From Dehalococcoidia bacterium (GTDB taxonomy: Bacteria; Chloroflexota; Dehalococcoidia; Lucifugimonadales; UBA2985), in NCBI GenBank assembly GCA_965263185.1, contig OZ253588.1, positions 1,025,454-1,089,453 of the forward strand: 64,000 nucleotides of DNA. The letters are read 5' to 3'. The notes beneath the pieces were generated by a model. The model was not told the origin of the DNA, made no database searches, and was given only the letters and a program-made list of their open reading frames with translations. Shown one piece after another: positions 47,401 to 56,074 of this stretch. The position numbers and the translations under genes are program-made. The number at the start of each line of letters is the position of its first letter. Positions within the stretch are counted from its first letter, which is position 1.

Positions 47401-47810
47401 TGGCCGCGATCGCCGTGCCCTCAACCACGGACGGCGGCAACATGGCCGGTGACGACTTCTCGCTGACGGCTGGCTGGGGACACTTCGGGCAGGGCGAGGC
47501 TGTCATGCCGGGCCAGGGCAGAGCCGTCGAGCGCCCGTACACCGCGGAGGAGCGCGCCGCGCTGGGCACATCGGCAGACGCGCTTGGCAGCGCCACTTTC
47601 GACATCCACCTCAACGACCGCGCCTACTGGCGCAACGTCCCGTCGGCGGTCTGGAGCTACAAGCTCGGCGGATACCAGGTTCTCAAGAAGTGGCTCTCCT
47701 ACCGCGAGCGCGGCGTCCTGAACAGACCGCTGCGACCGGAGGAGGCGCAGCACTTCACGGACACCGCGAGGAGGATTGCGGGGATACTGCGGCTGGTGGG
47801 GGAGGGGTGA
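44463..47810 (+). CDS. single-chain PD-(D/E)xK + N6-adenine DNA methyltransferase + type-ISP-like C-terminal TRD (type IIG/IIL-like, no helicase)
   Basis: N-terminus: GHPDFGLY...GVVEVKP (D...ExK). Motif I VLDPCCGTGTYL. Motif IV ILGNPPYNGY. FISNYSWLDGLSFTGMRE block. C-terminus VWSYKLGGYQVLKKWLSYRE as in type ISP specificity domains. Confidence 0.75.
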   Translation: MAMPVTTTKLTTAVEQYFADLRLIRASGGATGERSYYPALTNLLNAVGSTLRPQVFCVGELAEQGAGHPDFGLYARRQVQRGTPRPGQVPERGVVEVKPAGDDAWLTADSDQVSRYWGRYRLVLVTNTRDFVLVGEDAQGNPVKLETFRLADSEQAFHSRLETPRSFARAMGAGLGEYLCRALSHSASIVEPKDLAWLMASYARDGLARVEAAGDAPSLHAVRSALEEALGVRFEGDKGAAFFRSTLVQTLFYGVFSAWVLWARQTTPPAGPFNWHDAVWHLRAPVLRALFQQLSSPSQLQPLGLVELLDWTAAALDRVDRGAFFDRFDAGEAVPYFYEPFLEAFDPELRKQLGVWYTPAEVVRYMVARVDMALKEDLGIADGLAADNVYVLDPCCGTGTYLAEVLRRIAANLQGKGLGALTGAQVKRAATQRVFGFEIMPAPFVVSHLQVGLTMQALDAPLSDDETERAGVYLTNALTGWEPSVQKPLPFPELEEERDRADRVKQDTPVLVILGNPPYNGYAGMAVEEERELSTAYRTTKQVRRPEGQGLNDLYVRFFRMAERRIAEKTGRGVVCFISNYSWLDGLSFTGMRERYLEAFDVIRIDNLNGDKYKTGKTTPGGAPDPSIFSMPGDPVGIQVGTAITTLVRKADHQPAKEVGFRHLWGQTKLSDLTATAEVGPDELYDSVEPSLPLGLPFAPVTVSARWADWPALPDLFQMYFPGVQTSRDTFLSDVDIDRLERRIADYFNPNVSHEEIARRYPSAMNSTANYKAIPVRDALLNRGNSEDTGVLRFDFRPFDKRWLYWDGQHGLLNRPRPEYKPHVFKGNIALVSQQKPRREWSPPQVIAALGCYDLMDRNASCFPLWLHEEGMALDGGGEQRRPNLSDAAQRYLDRLSLGVEDLFHHVLAVLHDPSYREANAGALRMEWPRIPLPGWPDGDTSGAAEELAASAARGLELAALLDSETPVAGVTTGALRSEMAAIAVPSTTDGGNMAGDDFSLTAGWGHFGQGEAVMPGQGRAVERPYTAEERAALGTSADALGSATFDIHLNDRAYWRNVPSAVWSYKLGGYQVLKKWLSYRERGVLNRPLRPEEAQHFTDTARRIAGILRLVGEG

Positions 47811-47815
47811 AACGC

Positions 47816-48895
47816 ATGCCCAAGTCTAGCGTCTTCTGGTTCGCGCTCTCAGCGGTAGTACTGCTGTCAGTGGGCCTTTGGCTCATTTGGTGGCAATGGG
47901 ACTGGTTGCACCCCGAAGCGTCGACAACCGTGTCGAACAGCGAAACACTTAGGAACGTAGGACTTCTGCTTGGAGGCGCACTCGCCTTTGTTTTTGCCGG
48001 GTGGCGTGCTTGGGTCGCGGAGCGCCAGGCCAGCGCAGCGCAGGCCCAGGCTGCTACGGCGCAGGCTCAGGCAGATATTGCGCAACAGCAAGTTGAAACC
48101 GCCCAGCAGGGCTTACTCAATGAGCGATATCAACGTGGGGCGGAAATGCTCGGCAGCCCGGTGCTCTCGGTGCGTCTGGGAGGAATTTATGCCCTGGGAC
48201 GTCTCGCTGAGGAATACTCAGAGCTATATCATGTGCAAGTCATGCAGATCTTCTGCGCGTTCGTGCGTAACCCGGTCGAGATAAACGGCATTAGGGAATT
48301 GACACCGATAGAAACTGGGCCGCCTCACGGTGTTCCACCGCCTCTAAGGGAAGATGTTCAGGCCATCATGGATGCAATCGGCGTTCGTAGTGGGAATCAT
48401 CTTGAGATTGAGGGAAAGGCTAGATTTCGCCTGAATCTGAGTGGCAGTGACCTAAGAGGAGCTACGCTTATAGGTGCGAATCTTACCAGCGCAATTTGGG
48501 AGTATCCTTCAGGGCTATCAACGGCGGAGTCCTTAGCCTATGACAAATACACAGACCTTTCTAGCGCAAAACTGTGCTCGGCAAGATTGGCGTTTGCGGA
48601 GTTGCAGAAGGCGATGCTAACTGGTGCATGCCTGTGCAATGCATGGATTGCCAGGACGGATTTCTCAGAGGCTCATTTCGCAGAAGCAAATCTGCACGGA
48701 GCACTTTCTTGGGGCCCAATCCTCTCAGGCGCTACCTTCTCAATTGGCATCCTGTCTGCGAAGGGTATAAGACAATGGGATTTAGATTCATGTGAGGCCG
48801 CGCCGGAAAAACTCCCAGTTTTAGCTGGGGTTCATGACGTTGGAACGGGTGCGCCCCTGGTGTGGAGTGGGAAATCGCTTATTGAGCAAAGTTAG
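47816..48895 (+). CDS. membrane-anchored pentapeptide-repeat protein
   Basis: ATG lies 5 nt after the methyltransferase stop. Two N-terminal TM helices, a Q/A coiled coil (AQAQAATAQAQADIAQQQVETAQQ), RLGGIYALGRLAEE helical repeats, then pentapeptide runs (NLSGSDLRGATLIGANLTSA, ARLAFAELQKAMLTGACLCNAWIARTDFSEAHFAEANLHGA). Confidence 0.75.
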   Translation: MPKSSVFWFALSAVVLLSVGLWLIWWQWDWLHPEASTTVSNSETLRNVGLLLGGALAFVFAGWRAWVAERQASAAQAQAATAQAQADIAQQQVETAQQGLLNERYQRGAEMLGSPVLSVRLGGIYALGRLAEEYSELYHVQVMQIFCAFVRNPVEINGIRELTPIETGPPHGVPPPLREDVQAIMDAIGVRSGNHLEIEGKARFRLNLSGSDLRGATLIGANLTSAIWEYPSGLSTAESLAYDKYTDLSSAKLCSARLAFAELQKAMLTGACLCNAWIARTDFSEAHFAEANLHGALSWGPILSGATFSIGILSAKGIRQWDLDSCEAAPEKLPVLAGVHDVGTGAPLVWSGKSLIEQS

Positions 48896-48937
48896 TCACT
48901 ATTCGAGCGAATGGGCACCCGTCCAGTTTCCATGTCC

Positions 48938-49333
48938 CTATGGGATTGACGGGTCGCTGGATATAGCCGCCAATGCCTGGTCGAAGGTCTTGATCTCCCG
49001 GACACCCCTCCGCTGGCAACTGGCCAGGTGGCAGAGGTCCCGGGCTTGCAGGCTGGGATACTGCTCGTGGAGCTGCCGAGCCAGGGCTACGTCGGCCTCT
49101 TCCAGCGGCCAAACTTCAACTGCGGCGCTCGCTATCAACTCTAGCGTCGCATCGAAGGTTTGCAACCTTCCGGTGGGCAGGTATACATGGGCCAGTTCCT
49201 GCATCACCTCTGCTGAAGTGCATAGGGGCGCGCCACTCCGGTTGGCTTCGACGAAGAAGCGCTGGGCCGTGGTCTGGAGCGCATGAGGGCGTCCTACCGC
49301 GTAGATGAAGACGTTTGTGTCTACGAATATCAC
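48938..49333 (-). CDS. vapC: PIN-domain toxin VapC
   Basis: MIFVDTNVFIY, EVMQEL, ARDLCHLA, FDQAL (four acidic PIN positions). 4-nt overlap with the upstream antitoxin. Confidence 0.85.
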   Translation of the reverse strand: MIFVDTNVFIYAVGRPHALQTTAQRFFVEANRSGAPLCTSAEVMQELAHVYLPTGRLQTFDATLELIASAAVEVWPLEEADVALARQLHEQYPSLQARDLCHLASCQRRGVREIKTFDQALAAISSDPSIP

Positions 49334-49605
49334 GTTGCAGCCACGCCTCGTCCACGTGACTCGCTCATGACGCGCAAGTGCTCACTCCAGTCCGGCTCCG
49401 TCTCCGGACCTTCCAACGCGGCGCATGACCTGAAGAATTCCTTCACGTCTTCCGGGGACTCGAACAGATTGACGCTCTGGCGCGTTTCAAGGCGCTCATG
49501 GGCGGCCGCTCGCAGCCAGGCGCTGAGGGACATACCCTCCCGCCTTGCTTGGTGAACAAAGCGGTCTCGGTCCTCGTCAGGCATTACCAACTGCACTCTG
49601 GCCAT
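49330..49605 (-). CDS. vapB: RHH/CopG-type antitoxin VapB
   Basis: 91 aa. The beta-strand-helix-helix N-terminus RVQLVMPDEDRDRFVHQARREGMSLSAWLRAAA is typical of ribbon-helix-helix antitoxins. Confidence 0.75.
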   Translation of the reverse strand: MARVQLVMPDEDRDRFVHQARREGMSLSAWLRAAAHERLETRQSVNLFESPEDVKEFFRSCAALEGPETEPDWSEHLRVMSESRGRGVAAT

Positions 49606-49894
49606 GTCGCCCTCCGGTCGGGTTAGGGTGTATGTGTAATATCGTTACACATCTGCTTGTCCAGAGTCAAGTGGATTGTTTGCGTTTTAGGGGGGAAGGT
49701 CACAGAGAGATCAGGGGTCGGATGGAGGTACGGTAGGCTCCCTTAACGCCCTGTTGTAGTGTCTACGGTTATCGATAGTCTGGGGGACGCTAAAACTGGG
49801 GTCTAAAAGGGCAGTCCACGATCTTAATTTGGCCTCTAACCTGTCCAGCTAATGGGGTCCACCTCAGTGTGACCAATGGCTGGAGAATCTCGAG

Positions 49895-51450
49895 CTAGGA
49901 GTCTGTCCGAGAAACACGGTTGGCGAGTGGTTTGGGGTATAATGGGGCCAGTCCAGTAGCGGGGAGTTGTTGATGAGGAAGACCTACCTTCCCTACGAAC
50001 CCGACCAGCAGTTGCTGTTGCCGGCGGCATTGCAGGAGTGGCTGCCTGACGACCATCTGGCGTACTTCATATCCGACGTGGTGGACCAGTTGGACATATC
50101 GGAGGTCACCGCTCGCTACGAGCGGGAACGGCGTGGCGGGCCGCCGTATCATCCACGGATGATGGTCAAGGCGCTGCTGTATGGCTACTGCGTCGGGGTG
50201 GCGTCCTCACGCCGCATCGCCCAGCGTCTCCACGAGGACATCGCCTTCAGGGTGTTGGCGGCGAACAACACACCGGACTTCCGGACCATCTCCGACTTTC
50301 GCAAGGGTAATCTGGATGCGCTGTCGGGCCTGTTCGTACAGGTACTGGCGTTGTGCCAGAAGGCGGGACTGGTGAAGCTGGGGCACGTGGCGCTGGACGG
50401 CACGAAGGTCAAGGCCAACGCTTCCAAACACAAGGCGATGAGTTATGGACGGATGAAGGAGAGGGAAGCGGAGGTGGCGGAGTTGCTGGAGCGAGCCCGG
50501 GAAGTGGACGATGAGGAAGACCGGCGGTACGGCAAAGACAAGCGTGGAGATGAGTTGCCGGAGTAATTGGCCTTTCGAGAGGGTCGGTTGGAGAAGATAC
50601 GGGAAGCCATGGCGGCGCTGGAAGCCGAGGCGCAGGCTGAGGCCGAACGGGCCGAGGCCGAAGGTGGTAAGCGCCCGGGTGCGCCCGATGACAAGGCCCA
50701 GCGCAACTTCACCGATACCGAGTCGCGCATCATCCCCGCGCCTGGAGGAAAGGACTTCCTGCAAGCGTACAACTGTCAGGCGGTGGTGGACAGCGCTCAC
50801 CAGGTAATCGTGGCGGCGCGGGCCACCAACCGGACTTCGGATAAGCGACAGGCTGCGGCGATGATGGAGGAGACCATCGACAACGTCGGCGCAGTCCCCA
50901 GGGAAGTATCCGCCGATGCCGGCTACTACTCGGCAAAGGCGGTTGAAGGTCTCTACAGGCTGTGCGTGGACCCGTTGGTTGCGCCGGAGCAGACCTGCCA
51001 CGGCCGGGTTGTGCCACCTGCGCCCCGAGGACGCATACCCAGCCATCTGTCTTCCAGGGACCGGATGCGACGGAAGTTACAGACCAGGCGGGGTCGGCAG
51101 CGCTACGCTTTGCGGATGCAAACTGTGGAGCCGGTATTCGGCCAGATCAAGCAGGGCCGGGGGTTCCGGCAGTTCCTGCTGCGGGGACTGGAGAAGGTGA
51201 ACGGCGAATGGTCGCTGATCTGCACGGGCCACAACCTGCTCAAACTGTTCCGCTTTGGGGTCAATCTGCACAGGAAAGCGCGGGCCGATGGGCCAGCCCA
51301 ACGCATCAGGAACTTTTGCCGAGGTAGTGAGCACGGCGCTATTCGCAAAGCTATCTGGGGACTGGCCGGGGCAACCGGCACAATTAGTTGTCGCAATCCA
51401 TTGTCGCAAACCCGCAAGCGCCGTTAGACAATCCTCGGACGGGCTGCTAG
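49895..51450 (+). mobile_element. IS1182-family insertion sequence
   Basis: Imperfect terminal inverted repeats ctaggagtctgtccgagaa (49895-) and the reverse complement of ttctcggacgggctgctag-type sequence (-51450), about 16/20 matching. They enclose a single transposase reading frame. Confidence 0.65.
49967..51427 (+). pseudogene. IS1182-family DDE transposase interrupted by one in-frame TAA
   Basis: The two track ORFs (49967-50566, 50567-51427) are in the same frame, separated only by TAA at 50564-50566. N-terminus: YHPRMMVKALLYGYCVGVASSRRIAQRL...DFRTISDFRK. C-terminus: ADAGYYS...VEPVFGQIKQGRGFRQFLLRGLEKVNGEWSLICTGHNLLKL. Confidence 0.8.
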
Positions 51451-51749
51451 GGCTGATTGAGTGATAAACAGCGCGGTTTGACAATGAGAATTGTTGCCGC
51501 AAATCAACGCCTGTACCTAGGTAGGTATGATACCGGCCAGCTCGTAAGACTACAGAAATCGCTATCTCTCACACAGTCACCAAGGCGGAGCATCAGCGAG
51601 CTCTCCATATCAGTCTGGCCGCCTCGATTCACTCTCAAATTCAATTAACGAGGCAACATGTATTGACAGGTCGATTAACATTCTCCACAAGGCATGTGGT
51701 GTCGAAAAGTGTCGGAACAGCACTCTCTTCCCTCATTGACTCCAGAGGC

Positions 51750-51895
51750 GCGGCTGGTCTTCACCCCGAAAACTGGTCCAGTCGGAGTGTCAGTCTTGTG
51801 GGATGATCACCCACAAGAAGGAGGGGCATTTCTTGAAGAGTTCCCGCCATACGTCGGAGCAGATGGCCTTCGCTCTGGACGGCAGTTTGTACGCC
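51750..51895 (+). mobile_element. decayed IS3-family 5' end fragment (copy A)
   Basis: agtcttgtgggatgatcac...aggaggggc followed by an orfA N-terminus-like KSSRHTSEQMAFAL. Homologous to the inverted copy at 53521-53620 + 55329-55375. Confidence 0.55.
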
Positions 51896-52431
51896 TTCGC
51901 CGATCCGCAAGGAAGATAGCCATTCTCTACGACGGCCGTTGATGGCCTGAGATAATCCGCCGCGGTTGAATCGCCGTGTACTTTGTGTGCGGATGCGAAT
52001 ACAATCGATCTGCATGACCTATTCTGAGCTCATGAGGAGGCCCAAGCACTCTGGGACGAGTGGGAGCGGTTGTCACTGGAGGCTGAGAGCATCGATATAC
52101 GGCCAAATGGGCTCAAGGACGACCGAGCAGGCTGAATGGTGAACTTGCCGCTACAAGGGAGGACCAGGTAGTACCAAGGACGGCGTATCAGGAACGTTGA
52201 TTGGCGTCGATGAATCCAATAATGAGCTGGCTCTCGAGGAAAGCACGATTGCATTTGAAGCAGAACCGGAGGTCGAACAAAACAGAAACTCCTATGATCT
52301 GGGCGATAAGTGGGACGATGAGCGTATCACAAGAGCGGTGGATGAGCGTGCATTTGCTATAGTAGTGGATGGAGTGATCACGAAGTTGTATTCAACTTCA
52401 TGAACCCAGGGAGTCCGTAAAGGAGGGCGTC

Positions 52432-53322
52432 GTGCCTGTAGAGCAGAAGGCAGAGGCGATGGAGCGCATAGCGTCGCAGTCACAGGAAGTTGAGTGGCTG
52501 GGTAGCGGGTATGGGGGCGGGGCGGCCGTGGAGGGTCCCGTGTGGTGGAAGGAGGGAGGATACCTCTTATTCAGCGACATCGGCAGTAACCAGAGGCTGA
52601 AATGGGCGCCTGGCGACGGCATCACCGTGTTCCAAGAGCCGACCAACAACGCAAACGGCCTCACTCGCGATCCACAGGGGAGGCTGATCGCCTGCGAACA
52701 CGGAGCACGCCGCGTGACCCGGCAGGAACCCGACGGCAGCGCTACGGTGGTGGCCAACAACTATCAGGGTAGGCGGCTGAACCGCCCCAACGACGTGGTG
52801 GTAAAGTCCGACGGGAGCATATACTTCAGCGACCCGGGAGCGCCAGACCCGAACCTGGACCTAGACTTCGCGGGCGTATACCGAGTTTCCCAGGACCTGG
52901 GGATGCTGACCCTGCTGGCCCGAGACTTCGTCATGCCCAATGGACTGGCCTTTTCCCCTGACGAAGGCATCCTATACATAAACGACTCCCGCCGTGGGCA
53001 TGTACGGGCCTTCGACGTCCAGGCCAACGGCACGCTTGCCCTGGGGACCGACCGTGTCTTCGCAGATCTGAGAGGCGAGCGTCCTGGAGTGCCTGACGGC
53101 ATGAAGGCCGATGTTGAGGGTAATGTGTATTGCGGTGGGTCTGGGGGCATATGGGTCTTCGACTCCTCAGGCAACCATTTGGGAGTCATCGTTCACGGGG
53201 CGGCGGCTACAACCAACATGGCCTGGGGAGACGAAGACTGGAGGACCCTGTATTTCACCACTCGTGATAGCCTGGGAAGGGTCCGGTTAGGCATACCGGG
53301 TATACCAGTGCCGGCGACCTAA
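52432..53322 (+). CDS. SMP-30/gluconolactonase/LRE-family beta-propeller
   Basis: EGPVWW, LLFSDI, NGLTRDPQGRL, NRPNDVVV.SDGSIYFSDP, PNGLAFSPDE..LYI.DS, PDGMK.D..GNVY. GTG start after AAAGGAGGG. Confidence 0.85.
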   Translation: MPVEQKAEAMERIASQSQEVEWLGSGYGGGAAVEGPVWWKEGGYLLFSDIGSNQRLKWAPGDGITVFQEPTNNANGLTRDPQGRLIACEHGARRVTRQEPDGSATVVANNYQGRRLNRPNDVVVKSDGSIYFSDPGAPDPNLDLDFAGVYRVSQDLGMLTLLARDFVMPNGLAFSPDEGILYINDSRRGHVRAFDVQANGTLALGTDRVFADLRGERPGVPDGMKADVEGNVYCGGSGGIWVFDSSGNHLGVIVHGAAATTNMAWGDEDWRTLYFTTRDSLGRVRLGIPGIPVPAT

Positions 53323-53399
53323 ACAAATCGGTCACACCTTCATCTGCAGAAGCGACTATTGGGCTCTGCGGGCGCATAGACGGCTAGCGTGGAGCCGGG

Positions 53400-53620
53400 G
53401 GTATTTTCCGCGACTCCAATGTTTTGCGTGACCTCTATCCGACCTCCATCTTCTCTATGCAGGCATCCAGGAGACTGTATGTCTCTCCGGTTTGGGATAC
53501 GTCTCAAATGTTCAACCAGCCTGCCTGAGCGCATAGGCGATCTGCTCCGCCGTGTACCGGGAACTCTTCCTCTTCATGGAATGCCCCTCCTTCCAATTTG
53601 TGATCATCCCACAAGACTAA
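53400..53620 (-). mobile_element. decayed IS3-family fragment (copy B, orfA N-terminus), split by IS1380 copy 1
   Basis: The minus strand encodes MKRKSSRYTAEQIAYALRQAG then a stop, with frame-shifted continuation. The rest of its 5' end resumes at 55329-55375. Confidence 0.55.
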
Positions 53621-55328
53621 TCCCGAATCCACCGAAGGACACGGATGGGCGGCGTGAGGACCGGAGAAGGGGGATGAGAGAGCTACAGGGGAGATGGCCT
53701 GGGCTCGATTGGGGTAGATGGGAGGTCGGCGGAGGGACTTCAGTCACCGCACAGGCCCCCAATGGCCGTCTGCGGGAGCTGGGATGCGCGGGGGATGGCA
53801 AGAGAATAGGCAGCAGGGAACTCCCGCGGAGCTGGTTGGTGCGAGTTGGCGGGGACGTTGGGTCAGTGGCGGAGGGCGCCGTCAGGCTGGGAGTGGAATG
53901 GCTCGCAGCCGGGCCAGGGCGCGACTGAACTGGGTATCCCAGGGCCAGCGCCGGGGAAGATGCAGGGTCAATCGGCGTGCCGAGCGAGTGAGCCGTCCGG
54001 CCAAGGCGAAGACCCGTCGTCTGAGGGTCTTGGTGGTCACGATCTGCTCACCCAGGCCGATGCGGGCTGTCCAGCGGGCCAGGTTGTGTGCCATCACCTG
54101 TACCGCCAGCCAGGCTCCGTTGGCGGCGAAGCGGCCGGACGGCATGTGGTTCAGTCCGACACCGTACTTGAGGTCGCGTATCGCATTCTCGATCTCGGCG
54201 TGACGGCGATGATCAGCCTCCAGTTCGAGCATCTCCCCATCGCGGTCGGTGATGAAGCCGTGATAGCTGTAGGTGGCGAAGAGGGCCAACTGGGAACCGG
54301 GCGTGGGTTTCACCCGCCGGACGATGAGCCGCACCGGCGCGGCGTCGGGCTCACTCTGGAAGGGGATATAGGTGGTCTCTGCCACATCGGCGGCGCCGTC
54401 CATCCAGTAGGGAATGGGAGTCCAGTCCTCTTCTGGTATGGCCTCGATGACATTGTGCAGGCTTTTGTGCTGGCGGATGGTGATGGAGAAGCGGACATCC
54501 ATCTTGCGGCAGACGGATACCACGCTATGAGCGTAGAAGCCGCTGTCGGCCCGCATCGTGAGTTGTCCCCTGGCCCCGGCGTAGCGCACCCGCCCCACCG
54601 TCTCACGCAGGAAGTGGGCGGCGCCGCGGGCGGTGTTGGCCCGGCCCTCGCGCAGCCGGGCCATCAGCACGTCTCCGGTTCCGGCGGCGACGGCCAGCAG
54701 CGGGTGATAGCCCCGCTGACCGGTGTAACCATGGTGGCGCGCCCCTTCCTTGGCCAGTCCATAGGTCTCGCAGATGGTGGAGTCCAGGTCGATGGTCAGG
54801 GGCCCGTCGCCGGGTCCGGCCCCGGCAGCCCAGGCCCGTGCCAGCAACTCCCGGCTAACCCGGTCCAGTTGGCGGACATGGCCCCACCTGAAGCTGCGCA
54901 GGAAGGCGCCCAGGGTGGAGGGAGCCTTAGCCGTGAAACCGAGAACGCGGGCGGTCCCGCCGGCGCGTAGCACATCGGCGTCGTCGATGCAGTCGCCACC
55001 GGCCAACGCGGAGGCCACCAGCGTCATCATCTTGTCACCGGTGTTGGCTCTGCCTTTTGCATGGCCCAGGTCCAGGTGCCGGTCAACCAGTTGGGGCAGG
55101 CCAAGGCGCAGGGCCAGGGTGGACGGAAGAATCAGCCCGGCATTGGCCACCAGGCGGTGATCATCGAAGGCGATGCGGATGCGGTCGGGTTGGTGGCGTG
55201 GTAGCATCTATTGGGTGCTCCTTTTCCGGGACTGGTTTGCTGTTACAAAACCATTATCCCAGATTCAGAGGAGCACCCTTTGGCCACTTCAGGACGCTGA
55301 CCCGACGCCCTCCTTCGGTGGATTCGGG
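53621..55328 (-). mobile_element. IS1380-family insertion sequence, copy 1 (complete)
   Basis: Perfect 18-bp terminal inverted repeats CCCGAATCCACCGAAGGA (53622-53639, and reverse complement at 55311-55328). CTAA lies on both flanks (53617-53620 and 55329-55332). Confidence 0.85.
53882..55207 (-). CDS. IS1380-family DDE transposase
   Basis: 441 aa. DLDSTICETYG...GYTGQRGYHPLL, MRADSGFY, HAEIENAIRDLKYGVGLNHMPSGRFAANGAWL: the IS1380/DDE_Tnp_1-assoc pattern. Confidence 0.85.
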   Translation of the reverse strand: MLPRHQPDRIRIAFDDHRLVANAGLILPSTLALRLGLPQLVDRHLDLGHAKGRANTGDKMMTLVASALAGGDCIDDADVLRAGGTARVLGFTAKAPSTLGAFLRSFRWGHVRQLDRVSRELLARAWAAGAGPGDGPLTIDLDSTICETYGLAKEGARHHGYTGQRGYHPLLAVAAGTGDVLMARLREGRANTARGAAHFLRETVGRVRYAGARGQLTMRADSGFYAHSVVSVCRKMDVRFSITIRQHKSLHNVIEAIPEEDWTPIPYWMDGAADVAETTYIPFQSEPDAAPVRLIVRRVKPTPGSQLALFATYSYHGFITDRDGEMLELEADHRRHAEIENAIRDLKYGVGLNHMPSGRFAANGAWLAVQVMAHNLARWTARIGLGEQIVTTKTLRRRVFALAGRLTRSARRLTLHLPRRWPWDTQFSRALARLRAIPLPA

Positions 55329-56074
55329 CTAACACTTAGGCTGGACCAAGATTCGGGGTGAGGACCACTTGCGTCTCCACCCCAACGGCTAGGCCAAGGA
55401 CTTCCAGCGCCCAGACTCCCCTGGCCTGGGCGTTGGTGGAAGCGCCGGGCTGGGGGGCAAGCTATCCCGGTTTCTCGCTCCATCTACCCCCGGTTGGGAG
55501 CTATACGAACTTCAAGGCATCGACTCCTATGTGGGCGAAGTAGTAGGCGATGGAGTAACGCTTACATTTGACTACGGCAGGGACTCGTGGACTCTGAAAC
55601 AACGTGAAGATATGGCGCATCTCCATACTGTGACCTACGAGACCATCGGTGGCGTCGAGGCTAAGCTGATTGCGCCCACGGGCGACTCCGGCGGCTATAC
55701 CGGCGTATACTTCGCCAAGCTGGATAGCGCTAACCTCAACCTTGTCGGGAAAGACTTGACGCCAGCGCAGCGGCAGGTGGCCTTGACCATCTTCAGGAGC
55801 GTCCGCAGCCTCGGTCAGCAACGGTAGCGTCTCCGGGCCTACGGGACCACCCTCCAGCCGGAAGCCGGAGCCCCCTACAACGTCCCTCTTTGAGGAGCGC
55901 TCAGCGTGGAGCAGGGATGGGAGTAGGAATCGGTCGGCGCGGGATGCTGACGGCTCCATAACCTGGGGGTTGCCACAGATCTTGTGGCGACCCTCCACTG
56001 GCTCCTCCATCTATGAGGGTTTTCCTGTTGCCCAAGATCATCGCCGCGCCTCCCGGTCCTGCGCCATTAGACAG

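Noticed and set aside
50207-51046. 279-aa minus-strand ORF inside the IS1182 element.
   Set aside because: It is antisense to the transposase frame and has no motifs.
53846-54970. 374-aa plus-strand ORF inside IS1380 copy 1 (with a counterpart at 63415-63942).
   Set aside because: It is antisense to the transposase, whose DDE-family blocks are unambiguous.
55393-55827. Possible imuA/imuA' between IS1380 copy 1 and imuB (track ORF 55531-55827; the frame is open from 55393 without an ATG).
   Set aside because: There is no RecA/SulA-like P-loop or other ImuA features. The frame has no credible start and appears to be the 3' remnant of a gene truncated by the IS/IS3 insertions. It is kept only as a note.
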